Position numbers and translations under genes: made by a program. This document shows positions 38,456 through 48,802 of a stretch of 64,000 nt of DNA, one piece after another. Each line of letters starts with the position of its first letter. Position 1 is the stretch's first letter. The DNA is taken from contig JAKQPS010000157.1 of the NCBI GenBank assembly GCA_029564595.1, positions 1 through 64,000 of the forward strand. Reading direction: 5' to 3'. This DNA is from a bacterium (GTDB taxonomy: Bacteria > UBP15 > UBA6099). The notes beneath the pieces were generated by a model. It did no database searches. It had not been told where the DNA came from and worked only from the letters and a program-made list of their open reading frames with translations.

Positions 38456-41046
38456 ACGCCACTCCTATGTATCAGCAGTACGCCGCCATCAAGGAGCGCC
38501 ACCGGGACGCTATCTTGATGTACCGGCTGGGCGATTTCTACGAGATGTTCGGCGAGGACGCGAAAACCGCCGCCGCCGAACTGGAAATAGTGCTGACTGC
38601 GCGCGAGTTCGGCAAGGGCGTCAAACTGCCCATGTGCGGCGTGCCCCATCACGCCGCCGACGGCTACGTGGCAAAACTCATCCAGCGCGGACACAAGGTC
38701 GCCATCGCGGATCAGACAGAGGACGCGGTCGCCGGAAAACTTGTCAACCGGGAAGTCGTCAGGGTGGTCACGCCCGGAACGTATCTCGATCTGGACAGGC
38801 TGGACTCATCGCGAAACAACTACATACTTTCAGTGGCGGACGCCGGCGACAGGTTCGGGCTGGGGATACTCGACGTTTCGACCGGGGAGTTCAAGGCGGG
38901 CGAGATATCGAGGTCGGCGGACGATTCGTCTCTGGTCAGGGAGATCGAGCGGCTGTCGCCCGGCGAATGCGTCGTGGCGATGCGCGATTCCGGGGCGGAC
39001 GCCGCCGGCAGGATATCGGCCCGTTTCCCCGACGTGAAAGTCACCGAGCTTGACCTGATGTTCGACGCGTCGTACCACCGGGACAGGCTGTGTGCGCATT
39101 TCGGAGTGAAGACGCTGCTCGGATTCGGCATTGAGGAGTTCCCTGCGGCGATAATGGCCGCCGGGCAGCTTCTGGACTATGTCAGGGACAACCTGCGCGC
39201 CGACCCCAAGCACGTGATGTCCGTTTCGCTCTACAGTCCCCGCGACGGGATGTATCTGGACGCGGCGACGCGGCGCAACCTCGAACTGACGGAAACCATG
39301 CGCGAGAAGGAAAAGAAGGGGAGCCTGCTGTGGGCGCTTGACAGGACTCTCACGCCGATGGGAAAGAGGCTGATACGCAACTGGCTCGAACAGCCTCTCA
39401 ACGACCCGGCGGAGATAAACCTGAGGCTGGACGCCGTCGGCGAGCTTCTGGAAAACAGGACGGCGCGGGAGGGGGCAAGGGAATGCCTTTCGGAGGTAAG
39501 GGACATCGAGAGGCTTTGCAGCCGGATCGCCACCATGCTCATCACGCCCAAGGAGACGCTGGCCGTGCGCGACTCACTAGCGGCGCTGCCCGCGCTCGCG
39601 GCCCTCGCCTCCGCTTTTAAGTGCGACATGCTGGAGTCCCTGCGCGCCGACATGGACACGCTGGATGACGCGCGCGCCGACCTTGCCGCCGCCGTCTCTG
39701 ACGACGCTCCGAGGTCCGCCCGCGAGGGCGGCATAATCCGTGACGGCTTTGATGCCCGCGTGGACGATCTGCGCGCTCTGAAAAAAGGCGGTCGCAAATG
39801 GATTGCCGACCTCGAAGAGAAGGAACGCAGGGAAACAGGCGTCAAATCCCTCAAAATCGGCTACAACAAAGTGTTCGGCTATTACATCGAGGTGACTAAA
39901 GCCAATCTGGCAAACGTCCCTGATAGATACATACGCAAACAGACCACTTCCAACGCGGAGCGGTTCTACACCGAGGAACTGAAAGAGAAAGAGTTCGCGA
40001 TACTCGGAGCGGAGAGCAGGCTCGAAGAGCTTGAGTATCAGTTGTTCTGCGGGATAAGGGACAATCTGGCGGGGCACATCGGAAGGATGCTGAAGACGTC
40101 GCGGGCGGTGGCGGCGCTGGACGCGTTGCAGTCGCTGGCGCAGGCGGCGGAGGAAAACAGGTACTGCCGCCCGCAGGTCAGCGCGTCGGAAACGATAAAG
40201 ATAGAAGAAGGCCGGCACCCGTCGCTGGACCTGACGATGCCCGCGCGCACATTCATCCCCAACGACACGCTGCTCAATTGCTCGAAGAGCCAGATACATA
40301 TCATCACCGGGCCGAACATGTCGGGAAAATCGACTTACATGAGGCAGGTGGCGCTGATAACGCTGATGGCGCAGATGGGCAGCTTTGTGCCGTGCCGCGC
40401 GGCGGAGATAGGCGTGGTGGACAGGATATTCACGAGGGTCGGAGCGGTCGACGACATCACCCTTGGCCTCAGCACGTTCATGGTGGAGATGGTAGAGACT
40501 GCGACGATTCTGACTAACGCGACAAAGAAAAGCCTAGTGCTGCTCGACGAGGTCGGCAGAGGCACGAGCGCCGCAGACGGCATAAGCATCGCATGGGCCG
40601 TCTCCGAATACATACACGAGAGGATTGGCGCGAGAACTCTATTCGCAACACATTTCAACCACCTGACGCGCATGGCCGACTTGTTCGAGAGGATAGAAAA
40701 TTTTCACGTCTCCGCAGTTGAGCGTGGCAGGGAGATTCTATTCACGCACAAGGTGCGCCCCGGAGGCACGGACAGGAGTTTCGGAGTCGAGGTGGCTAGA
40801 CTCGCGGGCATACCGGCCTCAGTTATCCGCCGCGCGTCGGAAATTCTTGCTTCTCAGGAAGCGGAGTCGGACATCGAAGTCCCTGAGGCCCGGACGGCGC
40901 AACTAGCGCTCATTCCCGACCAGCCTCCGAGCCGCATCGAGGAAATGCTCCGCGCGGCCGACCCGGAAGAGTTGACGCCCCGCAAGGCGCTTGATCTAGT
41001 GTTCAGGATGAAAGATATTCTCGAGGAAAACGACAGGTCGCGGTGA
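38452..41046 (+). CDS. mutS: DNA mismatch repair protein MutS
   Basis: N-terminal TPMYQQYAAIKERHRDAILMYRLGDFYEMFGEDA, Walker A ITGPNMSGKSTYMRQ, and STFMVEMVE. Confidence 0.9.
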   Translation: MNATPMYQQYAAIKERHRDAILMYRLGDFYEMFGEDAKTAAAELEIVLTAREFGKGVKLPMCGVPHHAADGYVAKLIQRGHKVAIADQTEDAVAGKLVNREVVRVVTPGTYLDLDRLDSSRNNYILSVADAGDRFGLGILDVSTGEFKAGEISRSADDSSLVREIERLSPGECVVAMRDSGADAAGRISARFPDVKVTELDLMFDASYHRDRLCAHFGVKTLLGFGIEEFPAAIMAAGQLLDYVRDNLRADPKHVMSVSLYSPRDGMYLDAATRRNLELTETMREKEKKGSLLWALDRTLTPMGKRLIRNWLEQPLNDPAEINLRLDAVGELLENRTAREGARECLSEVRDIERLCSRIATMLITPKETLAVRDSLAALPALAALASAFKCDMLESLRADMDTLDDARADLAAAVSDDAPRSAREGGIIRDGFDARVDDLRALKKGGRKWIADLEEKERRETGVKSLKIGYNKVFGYYIEVTKANLANVPDRYIRKQTTSNAERFYTEELKEKEFAILGAESRLEELEYQLFCGIRDNLAGHIGRMLKTSRAVAALDALQSLAQAAEENRYCRPQVSASETIKIEEGRHPSLDLTMPARTFIPNDTLLNCSKSQIHIITGPNMSGKSTYMRQVALITLMAQMGSFVPCRAAEIGVVDRIFTRVGAVDDITLGLSTFMVEMVETATILTNATKKSLVLLDEVGRGTSAADGISIAWAVSEYIHERIGARTLFATHFNHLTRMADLFERIENFHVSAVERGREILFTHKVRPGGTDRSFGVEVARLAGIPASVIRRASEILASQEAESDIEVPEARTAQLALIPDQPPSRIEEMLRAADPEELTPRKALDLVFRMKDILEENDRSR

Positions 41047-41074
41047 AAACGCGGCGGCTGCCGGGAGGCGCGCG

Positions 41075-41665
41075 ATGAGCGGAATACCCGCTGTTTTCAT
41101 AGACAGGGACGGCACTCTGAGCGAGGAGATCGGCTACGTGAACCATGTCAGCCGGTTCAAGCTGCTCGAAAAGTCGGCTGCGGCGATAAAAAAGTTGAAC
41201 GAAGCTAACATGCCCGCTGTTCTGGTGACCAATCAGGCGGGCGTCGCGCGCGGCTATTTCCCCGAAAGGCTCATAGCGGATGTCCACGCGCGCATGAACG
41301 AGCTTCTGGCTGCGGGTGGCGCGAAACTGGACGGGATTTACTATTGTCCCCATCATCCGACCGCCGGAGAGCCGCCTTACAGGATGGACTGCGACTGCAG
41401 GAAGCCTAAGACGGGACTGATAGACCGGGCGGCGTCGGAAATGGGACTGGACGTTGCCCGTTCGTACATGATTGGCGATAAGCTCAGCGATGTGGCGCTG
41501 GCGAAGCGCGCGGGCTGCGCCGCTGGCATACTCGTCCTGACAGGATACGGCAGAGGCGATTGGGAGTTCAACAGGGAACGCGAAGGCGTAGAACCCGATT
41601 TTATCGCAGAAGACCTGTTAGAGGCTGTCGACTGGCTGTTGAAAGACCTCGCGTCGCGAGCTTGA
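41075..41665 (+). CDS. gmhB: D,D-heptose 1,7-bisphosphate phosphatase (HAD-IIIA)
   Basis: AVFIDRDGTL (HAD motif I), Cys-rich zinc site CPHHP...CDCRKP, and GDKLSD. Confidence 0.75.
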   Translation: MSGIPAVFIDRDGTLSEEIGYVNHVSRFKLLEKSAAAIKKLNEANMPAVLVTNQAGVARGYFPERLIADVHARMNELLAAGGAKLDGIYYCPHHPTAGEPPYRMDCDCRKPKTGLIDRAASEMGLDVARSYMIGDKLSDVALAKRAGCAAGILVLTGYGRGDWEFNREREGVEPDFIAEDLLEAVDWLLKDLASRA

Positions 41666-41777
41666 CCCTCGTTTTTTTACGATAGAGGCAATTTCCACCC
41701 ATATAATAAGGAAACTGTATAAAGGGCGCTTTGAGGCGCGGCGCGCGCGCGCGTCCGGAAAACTGGAATAAGTTTTT

Positions 41778-43229
41778 ATGAATCTTGCGGATAATCTGAA
41801 AAACAGCGCGGAGCGGTTTCCCGACCGGCCTGCGGTCGTTTTTTACGACAGAGTGATAAGGTACGAGCAGCTTTACGCGGACGCGCTGAGGTTTGCGGGC
41901 GCGCTCGGCGAGATGGGCATGTCGCGCGGGGACAGAATGGCGATAGCGATTCCGAACGTTCCGGAATATCCTGTGGCTCTTTACGGGGCCTTCGCGGCCG
42001 GGGTGGAGGTCGTCACAATCAACCCTCTGTATTCCGCCCGCGAAATCGAATATATGCTGAAGGATAGCGGGGCGAAGCTGGCGATAATGCATCCGATGTT
42101 CGAGCCGCCCGTCAGGGAAGCCGCCGCGAACGCCGGAACTAAGTTGCTGTACAGCGACTCCATGGGCGACCCGGCCAAGCGCGACATGAAGAAGGCGATG
42201 TCGGAGGCGGCCGCCGCGCCCGCGCCCGCGGACCTAGACCCGAACCACACGGCGGCTATCATCTACACCAACGCGTGGAGGGGATATCCGCTTGGAGCCT
42301 GCCTCACTCATCACGGACTGATGACCAACGCCCGTTCGAGCGTTGTTACTGCGTCGGCGCATGAAGACGACGCTTTTCTCACAGTTATTCCCCTGTTCCA
42401 TGCGTTCGCCTGCACCACATGTCTGCATCTGCCTTTTCTCGCGGGAGCAAAGACTGTTCTTCATGAGATGTTTTCAGAGGATCGCGTGATGGCGGATCTC
42501 AAAAAAGAGAAGATAAGCGTTTTTCCGAATGTGCCGACGATAAACAAAAGGCTGCTTGATAAATACGGCTCGGCGGGGAGCGACCTATCGTTCGTGAGGG
42601 CGATAGTGCCCGGAGGCGCTCCTCTGACGGATGATCTGTACGGCGGGCTTGTGGAGAAACTAAACGCAAATGTATATCAGGGGTACGGGATAACGGAATG
42701 CGGGCCGGTGACTTCGGTGAACCCGATGCGGGGCAGGGAGTTTGTGAAAGCCGGCTCCGTAGGCCCGCCGATTGAAGGCATAACCGTGAAAGTCGTCGAC
42801 GAGAACGGCGAGGCGCTCCTGACGGGCGAGACGGGCGAGCTTTGCGTCCGGGGCGGCAACGTCATGCGCGAATATCTCGGAAAACCCGAAGACACGGCAA
42901 TGTTTCTAAAAGACGGTTGGCTGTTTTCAGGCGACCTAGCCCGCATAGACGAAGACGGCTATATATACATAACGGGACACAAGAAAAGGCTTGTGCTTGT
43001 CGGCGGGTTTAACGTCTATCCGCAAGAGGTGGAGGCGTTGCTCGGCGCGCATCCGGCGGTGGAAAGCTGCCGCGTCTTCGGCGTCCCGGACGATTCCCTC
43101 GGAGAGAGAGTTATGGCGGAAGCGAAACTTCGTTCCGGAGCTTCCGCTGAACCCGGCGAACTGAGAAAATTCCTCCGCTCTGCTCTTGCTCCCTATAAAG
43201 TCCCCCGCCGGGTTGATATCATAGAATAG
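41778..43229 (+). CDS. AMP-dependent synthetase/ligase (acyl-CoA ligase)
   Basis: AMP-binding motifs IIYTNAWRGYPLGACLTH (degenerate P-loop-like), YGITECG, and GWLFSGDLARIDEDGYIYITGHKKRL. Confidence 0.75.
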   Translation: MNLADNLKNSAERFPDRPAVVFYDRVIRYEQLYADALRFAGALGEMGMSRGDRMAIAIPNVPEYPVALYGAFAAGVEVVTINPLYSAREIEYMLKDSGAKLAIMHPMFEPPVREAAANAGTKLLYSDSMGDPAKRDMKKAMSEAAAAPAPADLDPNHTAAIIYTNAWRGYPLGACLTHHGLMTNARSSVVTASAHEDDAFLTVIPLFHAFACTTCLHLPFLAGAKTVLHEMFSEDRVMADLKKEKISVFPNVPTINKRLLDKYGSAGSDLSFVRAIVPGGAPLTDDLYGGLVEKLNANVYQGYGITECGPVTSVNPMRGREFVKAGSVGPPIEGITVKVVDENGEALLTGETGELCVRGGNVMREYLGKPEDTAMFLKDGWLFSGDLARIDEDGYIYITGHKKRLVLVGGFNVYPQEVEALLGAHPAVESCRVFGVPDDSLGERVMAEAKLRSGASAEPGELRKFLRSALAPYKVPRRVDIIE

Positions 43230-43503
43230 TTCCGTAGAGCGCAAGTAATCGTAGAGCCACAACCATTTGCTCTTGGCTTCCTCGTTTTTCTATGATTGAA
43301 AAACGTAGAAATGAACTGTGTTTGACAGCGTTTTGGACGCGGGTGTATACTTTAATTGACACGAAACAAAAATTTTGAGGCTGAAATAGGCAACTTCCCG
43401 GAAAGGCAAAATGTTTGACTCTTGCCGCGACGGGGAATATCATAGTAAGCGAAAGGGCTTTTTTATTGCGCGCCTGAAACATAATAATATTCAGGGAGAA
43501 AAA

Positions 43504-44388
43504 ATGCGAAACAAGCGACGCCGGGAAAAAGGATTCACCTTGGCGGAAGTTCTGGTTGTTTTGTGCATAATGATAATATTACTCGGAATGATGACGCCAT
43601 CGTATTATCAGTATCAGGCGTCGAGACGGGTCAGAAGCGCTATTAGCGCGACGCTTGTTCTTAAGACGGCTCTTAACGACACGGCCAATTCTTGCAAGGG
43701 ATTTCCCAGAAGATCTTTGACAGGCACGGACAACGCTTCACTTATGGAGTTTCTTTCCATAGTCGACCAGACCGAATGTGGAAGAACAACCGACATCAAC
43801 GATTCCACAATATTGGTTTTCCCCAAAAACGATAATTGTTCCCATACCGCCATATCCCAGACTACTATGCCGTCGCATCCGTATTCGGCGAATTTCAAAG
43901 CTTCCGGGTTATGCTCTTCAGTGTGCGAAAGGTCTGACGATGGGTGTTCAGGCAAAGCCGGGGTTGGTTTTGGAGGCGTTTTCATTAGAGACGACACCAC
44001 ATCCGACTCAAGATTTGAGGCTTGTTCCCCAGAATATTCAGGGGTTTCCGGGCCTGATTACTCCGGCAACTACAAACCCGGCTGGAACTACGCTCTGCTG
44101 GAAGGCTTTACTTTGGACAAACCCGTCGGCGTCGTCTGCTCAGTCGCGATGGGTTATAAGAGATCCGTTCTCATTATTGTCAATACCAGCGGGTATTACG
44201 GCGGGAAACAAGTTACGGAAGGATCGGGTATTTTTGATATGGACGGAGACGATCTTGACGAGCCGTGCCCGTGCGGTCCGTACTGCGAGGAACTGTTCGA
44301 GGCTGTGGGCGACGGGCAGAGCGGGTGCTGTTCGCCTTGTATTGCCGCGGACGGAACAGAGTATGACGGCATAGGGTACAAGTTCTAA
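43504..44388 (+). CDS. Type IV pilin-like (prepilin N-terminal methylation motif) protein with large Cys-rich C-terminal domain
   Basis: GFTLAEVLVVLCIMIILLGMM is the class III signal/N-methylation motif with Glu+5. 295 aa with at least 16 Cys. A GGGAGA RBS precedes the ATG. Confidence 0.65.
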   Translation: MRNKRRREKGFTLAEVLVVLCIMIILLGMMTPSYYQYQASRRVRSAISATLVLKTALNDTANSCKGFPRRSLTGTDNASLMEFLSIVDQTECGRTTDINDSTILVFPKNDNCSHTAISQTTMPSHPYSANFKASGLCSSVCERSDDGCSGKAGVGFGGVFIRDDTTSDSRFEACSPEYSGVSGPDYSGNYKPGWNYALLEGFTLDKPVGVVCSVAMGYKRSVLIIVNTSGYYGGKQVTEGSGIFDMDGDDLDEPCPCGPYCEELFEAVGDGQSGCCSPCIAADGTEYDGIGYKF

Positions 44389-44451
44389 TTTCCCATTTTG
44401 TTTTTCTTGATTGCGATCGAAGATGCGAGGAACGTCTGCGCGCGCGACGAT

Positions 44452-45831
44452 TTATTCGCCGGCATCGAGCAACCCGTATTTTTTCATTTTATTGTAAAGG
44501 GTGACGCGGGTGACGCCGAGGCGGCGGGATGTTTTGTCGCGGCTTCCGCCAAGTTCGCGGAGCAGAGAAGAAATCATCGCGGCCTCGAACCCTTCGACGG
44601 CTTTTTTAAGAGGCATGTCGGCGGGGATGGAGGAGCGCGGGGCGCTTGCCGGAGCGCTCCGGGCTGATACCCGCGCGGGCAGATCGGCCGCCCCGATTTT
44701 TCCTCCGCCGGACAGGATGACGGTGCGTTCTATCGCGTTTTCCAGTTCCCGCACGTTTCCCGGCCAGTCATAGACGCAAAGCAACTCCATCGCCTCGGCG
44801 GTGATTCCGGGGTTGGGCCGGTTATTCTCCCGGCAAAACCTGTCTATGAACGCGTCCGCAAGCAGCGGTATGTCCTCTCTTCTATCCCTCAAAGAGGGAA
44901 CTGTAATCGGAACTACGTTCAGTCTGTAAAAGAGGTCTTCCCTGAATTTGCCCTCGGACACTGTTTTTTCAAGGTCTAGGTTGGTGGCGCTGATGAGGCG
45001 GATGTCCACGTTGATGCGCCGTTCGCCGCCGAGCCGGGTGAACTGCCTGTCCTGAATCACGTTCAGCAACTTCGCTTGTGTGGCCGGGGAGAGATTTCCA
45101 ATTTCATCGAGGAATACTACGCCGCCGTCAGCCTGCTCGAACCTGCCTGTCTGTGCGCGGGTGGCTCCGGTGAAAGCCCCTCGCTCATGTCCGAACAGTT
45201 CGCTTTCGAGAAGAGTTTCCGGAAGCGCGGCGCAGTCCACTTTGACGAAAGGCTTGTCTCGCCTCGCGCTTTCCTTGTATATGGCGCGGGCGATGAGGTC
45301 TTTTCCGGAGCCGGTCTCTCCGTCGATGAGCACGTTGGCGTCGCTTTTCGCCACTGCCGCCGCCCTCTCGAACACCCTTCTCATCGCGGCGCTTCTTCCG
45401 ATTATCCCCTCGAATCCGTATATCTCTCTGAGCCGTCTTTTAAGCTCGACATTCTCGTCTGTTATCGCCTGTTTTCTGGCGATTCGCTCTAGGACTATCT
45501 TCATTTCTTCCATCTCGAAAGGTTTTTGAAGATAGTCTTCGGCGCCGGACTGTATGGCGGCCACCGCGTCTCTTACGTTTCCATGCCCGGTCATGATAAC
45601 TGCGGACGTCCCGGGGGAAATCTCGATTGCGCGCTTCAGAAGGTCAAGACCGTTCATTCCCGGAAGGTTTACGTCTATAACAACGATATGAATGGATTCA
45701 TCGCGCAGGATTGTAAGGGCGGCCTCGGCGTCTTCCGCGCCGATGGCGTAGTGGCCCTCGAGTTCTAGGCGCTCGCAAAGCGACTCGCGCACGATGCGCT
45801 CGTCGTCGACTACCAGCACGGAGCGTTTCAA
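44452..45831 (-). CDS. Sigma-54-dependent response regulator (NtrC family)
   Basis: REC (LVVDDERIVRESL...D), AAA+ sigma54 activator (GETGSGKDLIARAIY, GAFTGA, ESELFGHERGAFTGA) and a C-terminal HTH. Confidence 0.9.
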   Translation of the reverse strand: MKRSVLVVDDERIVRESLCERLELEGHYAIGAEDAEAALTILRDESIHIVVIDVNLPGMNGLDLLKRAIEISPGTSAVIMTGHGNVRDAVAAIQSGAEDYLQKPFEMEEMKIVLERIARKQAITDENVELKRRLREIYGFEGIIGRSAAMRRVFERAAAVAKSDANVLIDGETGSGKDLIARAIYKESARRDKPFVKVDCAALPETLLESELFGHERGAFTGATRAQTGRFEQADGGVVFLDEIGNLSPATQAKLLNVIQDRQFTRLGGERRINVDIRLISATNLDLEKTVSEGKFREDLFYRLNVVPITVPSLRDRREDIPLLADAFIDRFCRENNRPNPGITAEAMELLCVYDWPGNVRELENAIERTVILSGGGKIGAADLPARVSARSAPASAPRSSIPADMPLKKAVEGFEAAMISSLLRELGGSRDKTSRRLGVTRVTLYNKMKKYGLLDAGE

Positions 45832-46877
45832 GCTTTGTCCTCGGTTTCCGCGCGCAACGGCAGTTCGATGCGGAACTTCGCGCCTTCGCCTTTTCTGCCG
45901 CCAGCGGTTATTTTCCCTTCGTGGTCGTCCATTATTCTTCTTGCCACATACAGACCGACGCCGGTTCCGATGCCTCTCGCTTTTTTCGAGAAGAATAGGT
46001 CGAAAACTCTCGGCAGGTCCGCCTCATCGATGCCCGCGCCCGTGTCGGAAAAAGTCATCACTGCCGCGACATCGGTTTTTTCCAGCGCTATGTTCAATTC
46101 CCCTCCGTCCGGCATGGAGTCCAGAGCGTTGATCATTATATTGATGAACACTTGCCGCATTGCGTCTTTATCGAACCGCGCCTCGATTTTCTCCAAGCCC
46201 GGCGGACAGTCTATCGATATGCGGACATTCTGTTTGACCGCCTTAGGCTCGATTAGAGTGACGGCTCCTCTGATTTCTGCGGCGAGGTCGGAGTCGGTTT
46301 TCATTGGGGACCGGGGCCGCGCCAGTTCTAGCAGGCCGTTGGTGACCATTCGTATCTGGTTTATAGCCTCGCGTATCACCCGCGTGTAGGCGTCGATTTT
46401 CGGATCGTCGCCTGCTCTTGCCGATATCAGGTCGATATAGTTTGAAATTCCGAACAGAGGATTGTTTATCTCGTGAGCCACGCTGGCGGCCATCTTTCCC
46501 GCGCTGGCAAGTTTTTCCATCTCGACCAGCCTGCCCTGCGTGCGCTCTATGAGATGCATCATATTATTGAAAGTCTCGCCGATTTCCGTCATCGGGTCGT
46601 TGCCTATTCCCGCGAGGTACACTTCGCATTTCCGGCAGTCGAGAACGTCGGCCAGCCGGCAGCACCCGCCTTCCTCGGAGAACGTTCCCATTATCTGCCA
46701 GCAACGGACGCCTTCCTTGTCTCTCAACTGGCACCCTTCGGGTCGGGGGCAGTCGATCATCATCCAGCATGTTTTCACGCCGGGGTTGTCGAACCGGACT
46801 TCGGTTCCGCCCGCGAACGCGCGACGCATCAGCGTCACCAGCGTTTCGTTGACCTCGGCGAGTTTTTTCGGTTCCAT
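45828..46877 (-). CDS. Cytoplasmic sensor histidine kinase with N-terminal Cys-rich (8 Cys) domain
   Basis: HisKA SVAHEINNPL, HATPase (NIMINALDSM, GTGVGL), and no TM segment. The N-terminus carries C-x4-C-x6-C-x9-C...CC-x8-C-x2-C. The 4-nt overlap with the regulator gene indicates an operon. Confidence 0.8.
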   Translation of the reverse strand: MEPKKLAEVNETLVTLMRRAFAGGTEVRFDNPGVKTCWMMIDCPRPEGCQLRDKEGVRCWQIMGTFSEEGGCCRLADVLDCRKCEVYLAGIGNDPMTEIGETFNNMMHLIERTQGRLVEMEKLASAGKMAASVAHEINNPLFGISNYIDLISARAGDDPKIDAYTRVIREAINQIRMVTNGLLELARPRSPMKTDSDLAAEIRGAVTLIEPKAVKQNVRISIDCPPGLEKIEARFDKDAMRQVFINIMINALDSMPDGGELNIALEKTDVAAVMTFSDTGAGIDEADLPRVFDLFFSKKARGIGTGVGLYVARRIMDDHEGKITAGGRKGEGAKFRIELPLRAETEDKA

Positions 46878-47158
46878 TTTTCCCTATGCGTTCCGCCGCG
46901 CAGTTCGTTTCAGCGCGTGGTTGCCTTCCTAATAAAAGCCATTGATTCGTTGATTTTGCATAATAAGGTGAAAGCTCTTTGTTGTCAAGAAAGAGGTCTT
47001 TCGGCCTAGATTTCTATGGTAAATCAAAAAAATGTAAAATTTTATTAACATAATGATAATATATTTTATTATAAAATATTATTGCCGCAACAGGATCCTA
47101 AAAAATGTTTTTTTTGTGTCATGTTTTATGAAACCCACTGAACGGGTAAAAGCTAAAC

Positions 47159-47692
47159 GTGAACAATGAAAATGACATAAATCACACAACTGAAAAACTG
47201 AGGGAAGTGCAGGCGGAATTCGTCAACCCGTTTCTGAGCGCGGTCGGATATGCGCTGAAGACAATGGGCCGGGCTTCCGCCAACAAGGGGATGGTCGCCC
47301 TCGAACGCGCCAACACCTTCAGGGGCGACGCTCAGATTCTCCTGCGCGTGGACGGCACGATCAAGGGCTTTGTCATCCTTGAAATGCCGGAGGCGCTCGC
47401 CCGCAAATTCGTCTCTATCTTCCTTTTCGGTCTGCCGATAAAGGAGCTTGACGCTATGGCGAGGAACTCTCTGGAGGAATTCTCCATCAGGATTTCCGAG
47501 ATGGCTCGCAGGCAGCTCATCGACAGAGGCTATCTTGCCAGCGTGTCGTCTTTCGTGAATTTTAACAAACCGCTCCATTTCTCAGGAGACAAGCAGTTTA
47601 TAGTCGTCCCAATCGACACCGAACACGGCGATTTTAAAGTGTTTTTCAATGTGATGAAGGCGGAGCTGATGGATCAGGCGTCCGTCAATTGA
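47159..47692 (+). CDS. CheX/CheC-like chemotaxis phosphatase-family protein
   Basis: 177 aa. The N-terminal EFVNPFLSAVGYALKTM resembles the CheX N-terminal helix. Stand-alone gene. Assignment is tentative. Confidence 0.4.
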   Translation: MNNENDINHTTEKLREVQAEFVNPFLSAVGYALKTMGRASANKGMVALERANTFRGDAQILLRVDGTIKGFVILEMPEALARKFVSIFLFGLPIKELDAMARNSLEEFSIRISEMARRQLIDRGYLASVSSFVNFNKPLHFSGDKQFIVVPIDTEHGDFKVFFNVMKAELMDQASVN

Positions 47693-47794
47693 TTCCCGTT
47701 CTATGCTGATATAGTATTTTCGCAGGCGGCGGCGTATGTTGCGAGATGTGTTTCGCGCGGCGTTGCGGCAAACCTTCGCGTTGCAGGGGGGGCG

Positions 47795-48784
47795 ATGAAA
47801 AAGAGGATGCGTCTGGGGATATTCGGAGCCGGAATGATGGCGCGCGCGCACCTTGAGGCTCTGCGCGGGGTTAATGAGGCTGAGGCGGCCGGAGTGTCTT
47901 GGGCCGGAGCGAAAAGCCTGAAAATGATTTCCGCCGAGTTCGGGGTCCCCGCTTTCTCCAAGCCGGATGAGTTGCTCGCGCGGGCGGACGCGGTGAGCGT
48001 CTGTCTGCCGACGTTTCTGCATGAAGAGGCGGCGGTCATGGCGGCTGCGGCGGGCAGGGATGTTCTATGCGAAAAACCTCTGGCCCTCGAAGAGGCGGCC
48101 GCAATAAGGATGATAAAGGCCTGCCGTCGCGCTGGAGTCAGGCTCATGACGGCGCATTGTCTGCGCTTCTGGCCGGAATACGCGTTTTTGAAAAGGGCTG
48201 TGGATAGCGGAGAGTTCGGCGCGGCGCTGGAGTTTCACGGGAGCAGGTTTAGCGCGGCTCCCGGATGGTCGTCGGGGAACTGGCTGTTGGAAGACTCGCT
48301 CAGCGGCGGGCCTGCCATTGACTTGCACATCCACGACGCCGACATGATTCTGCATCTTTTCGGGCCGCCGGAGTCGGCGCGATCGCGGTTGGTTTCCGCT
48401 CCCGGCGAGAAGTCGGTTCACACCGAATTCACGTATCCGAACGGGCCTGTGGCGCGCGCGGACGCCGGATGGTTTTTCGGCTCCTATCCGTTCAGGATGG
48501 GATACAGAGCGGTGTTCGAGCGGGCGGTTGTCGAGTATGACTCGGCGGCGGAGAAGACGCTCAAGATTTGGACACCGGCGGGCGGCCCGCCTCGCGCCCC
48601 TAAACTTACAAAGACGGACGGATATCGGGAGCAGATAAGGTACTTCGCGCGTTGCGCTTCAAAGGGTTGCGAGCCGGAGATGAGCGACGGGCAGGCGGGC
48701 TTGGCCGCGCTGCGCCTTGTGAGAAACGCCCTGCGGTCGTCCGAGACCGGGCGCGCCGTCCGCTATCGTCCGCCCAGCGTCTGA
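47795..48784 (+). CDS. Gfo/Idh/MocA-family NAD(P)-dependent oxidoreductase
   Basis: Rossmann N-terminus RLGIFGAGMMARAHLEAL and a C-terminal alpha/beta domain. 329 aa. Confidence 0.7.
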   Translation: MKKRMRLGIFGAGMMARAHLEALRGVNEAEAAGVSWAGAKSLKMISAEFGVPAFSKPDELLARADAVSVCLPTFLHEEAAVMAAAAGRDVLCEKPLALEEAAAIRMIKACRRAGVRLMTAHCLRFWPEYAFLKRAVDSGEFGAALEFHGSRFSAAPGWSSGNWLLEDSLSGGPAIDLHIHDADMILHLFGPPESARSRLVSAPGEKSVHTEFTYPNGPVARADAGWFFGSYPFRMGYRAVFERAVVEYDSAAEKTLKIWTPAGGPPRAPKLTKTDGYREQIRYFARCASKGCEPEMSDGQAGLAALRLVRNALRSSETGRAVRYRPPSV

Positions 48785-48802
48785 CTCGCCTTCGGCGGTT
48801 GG

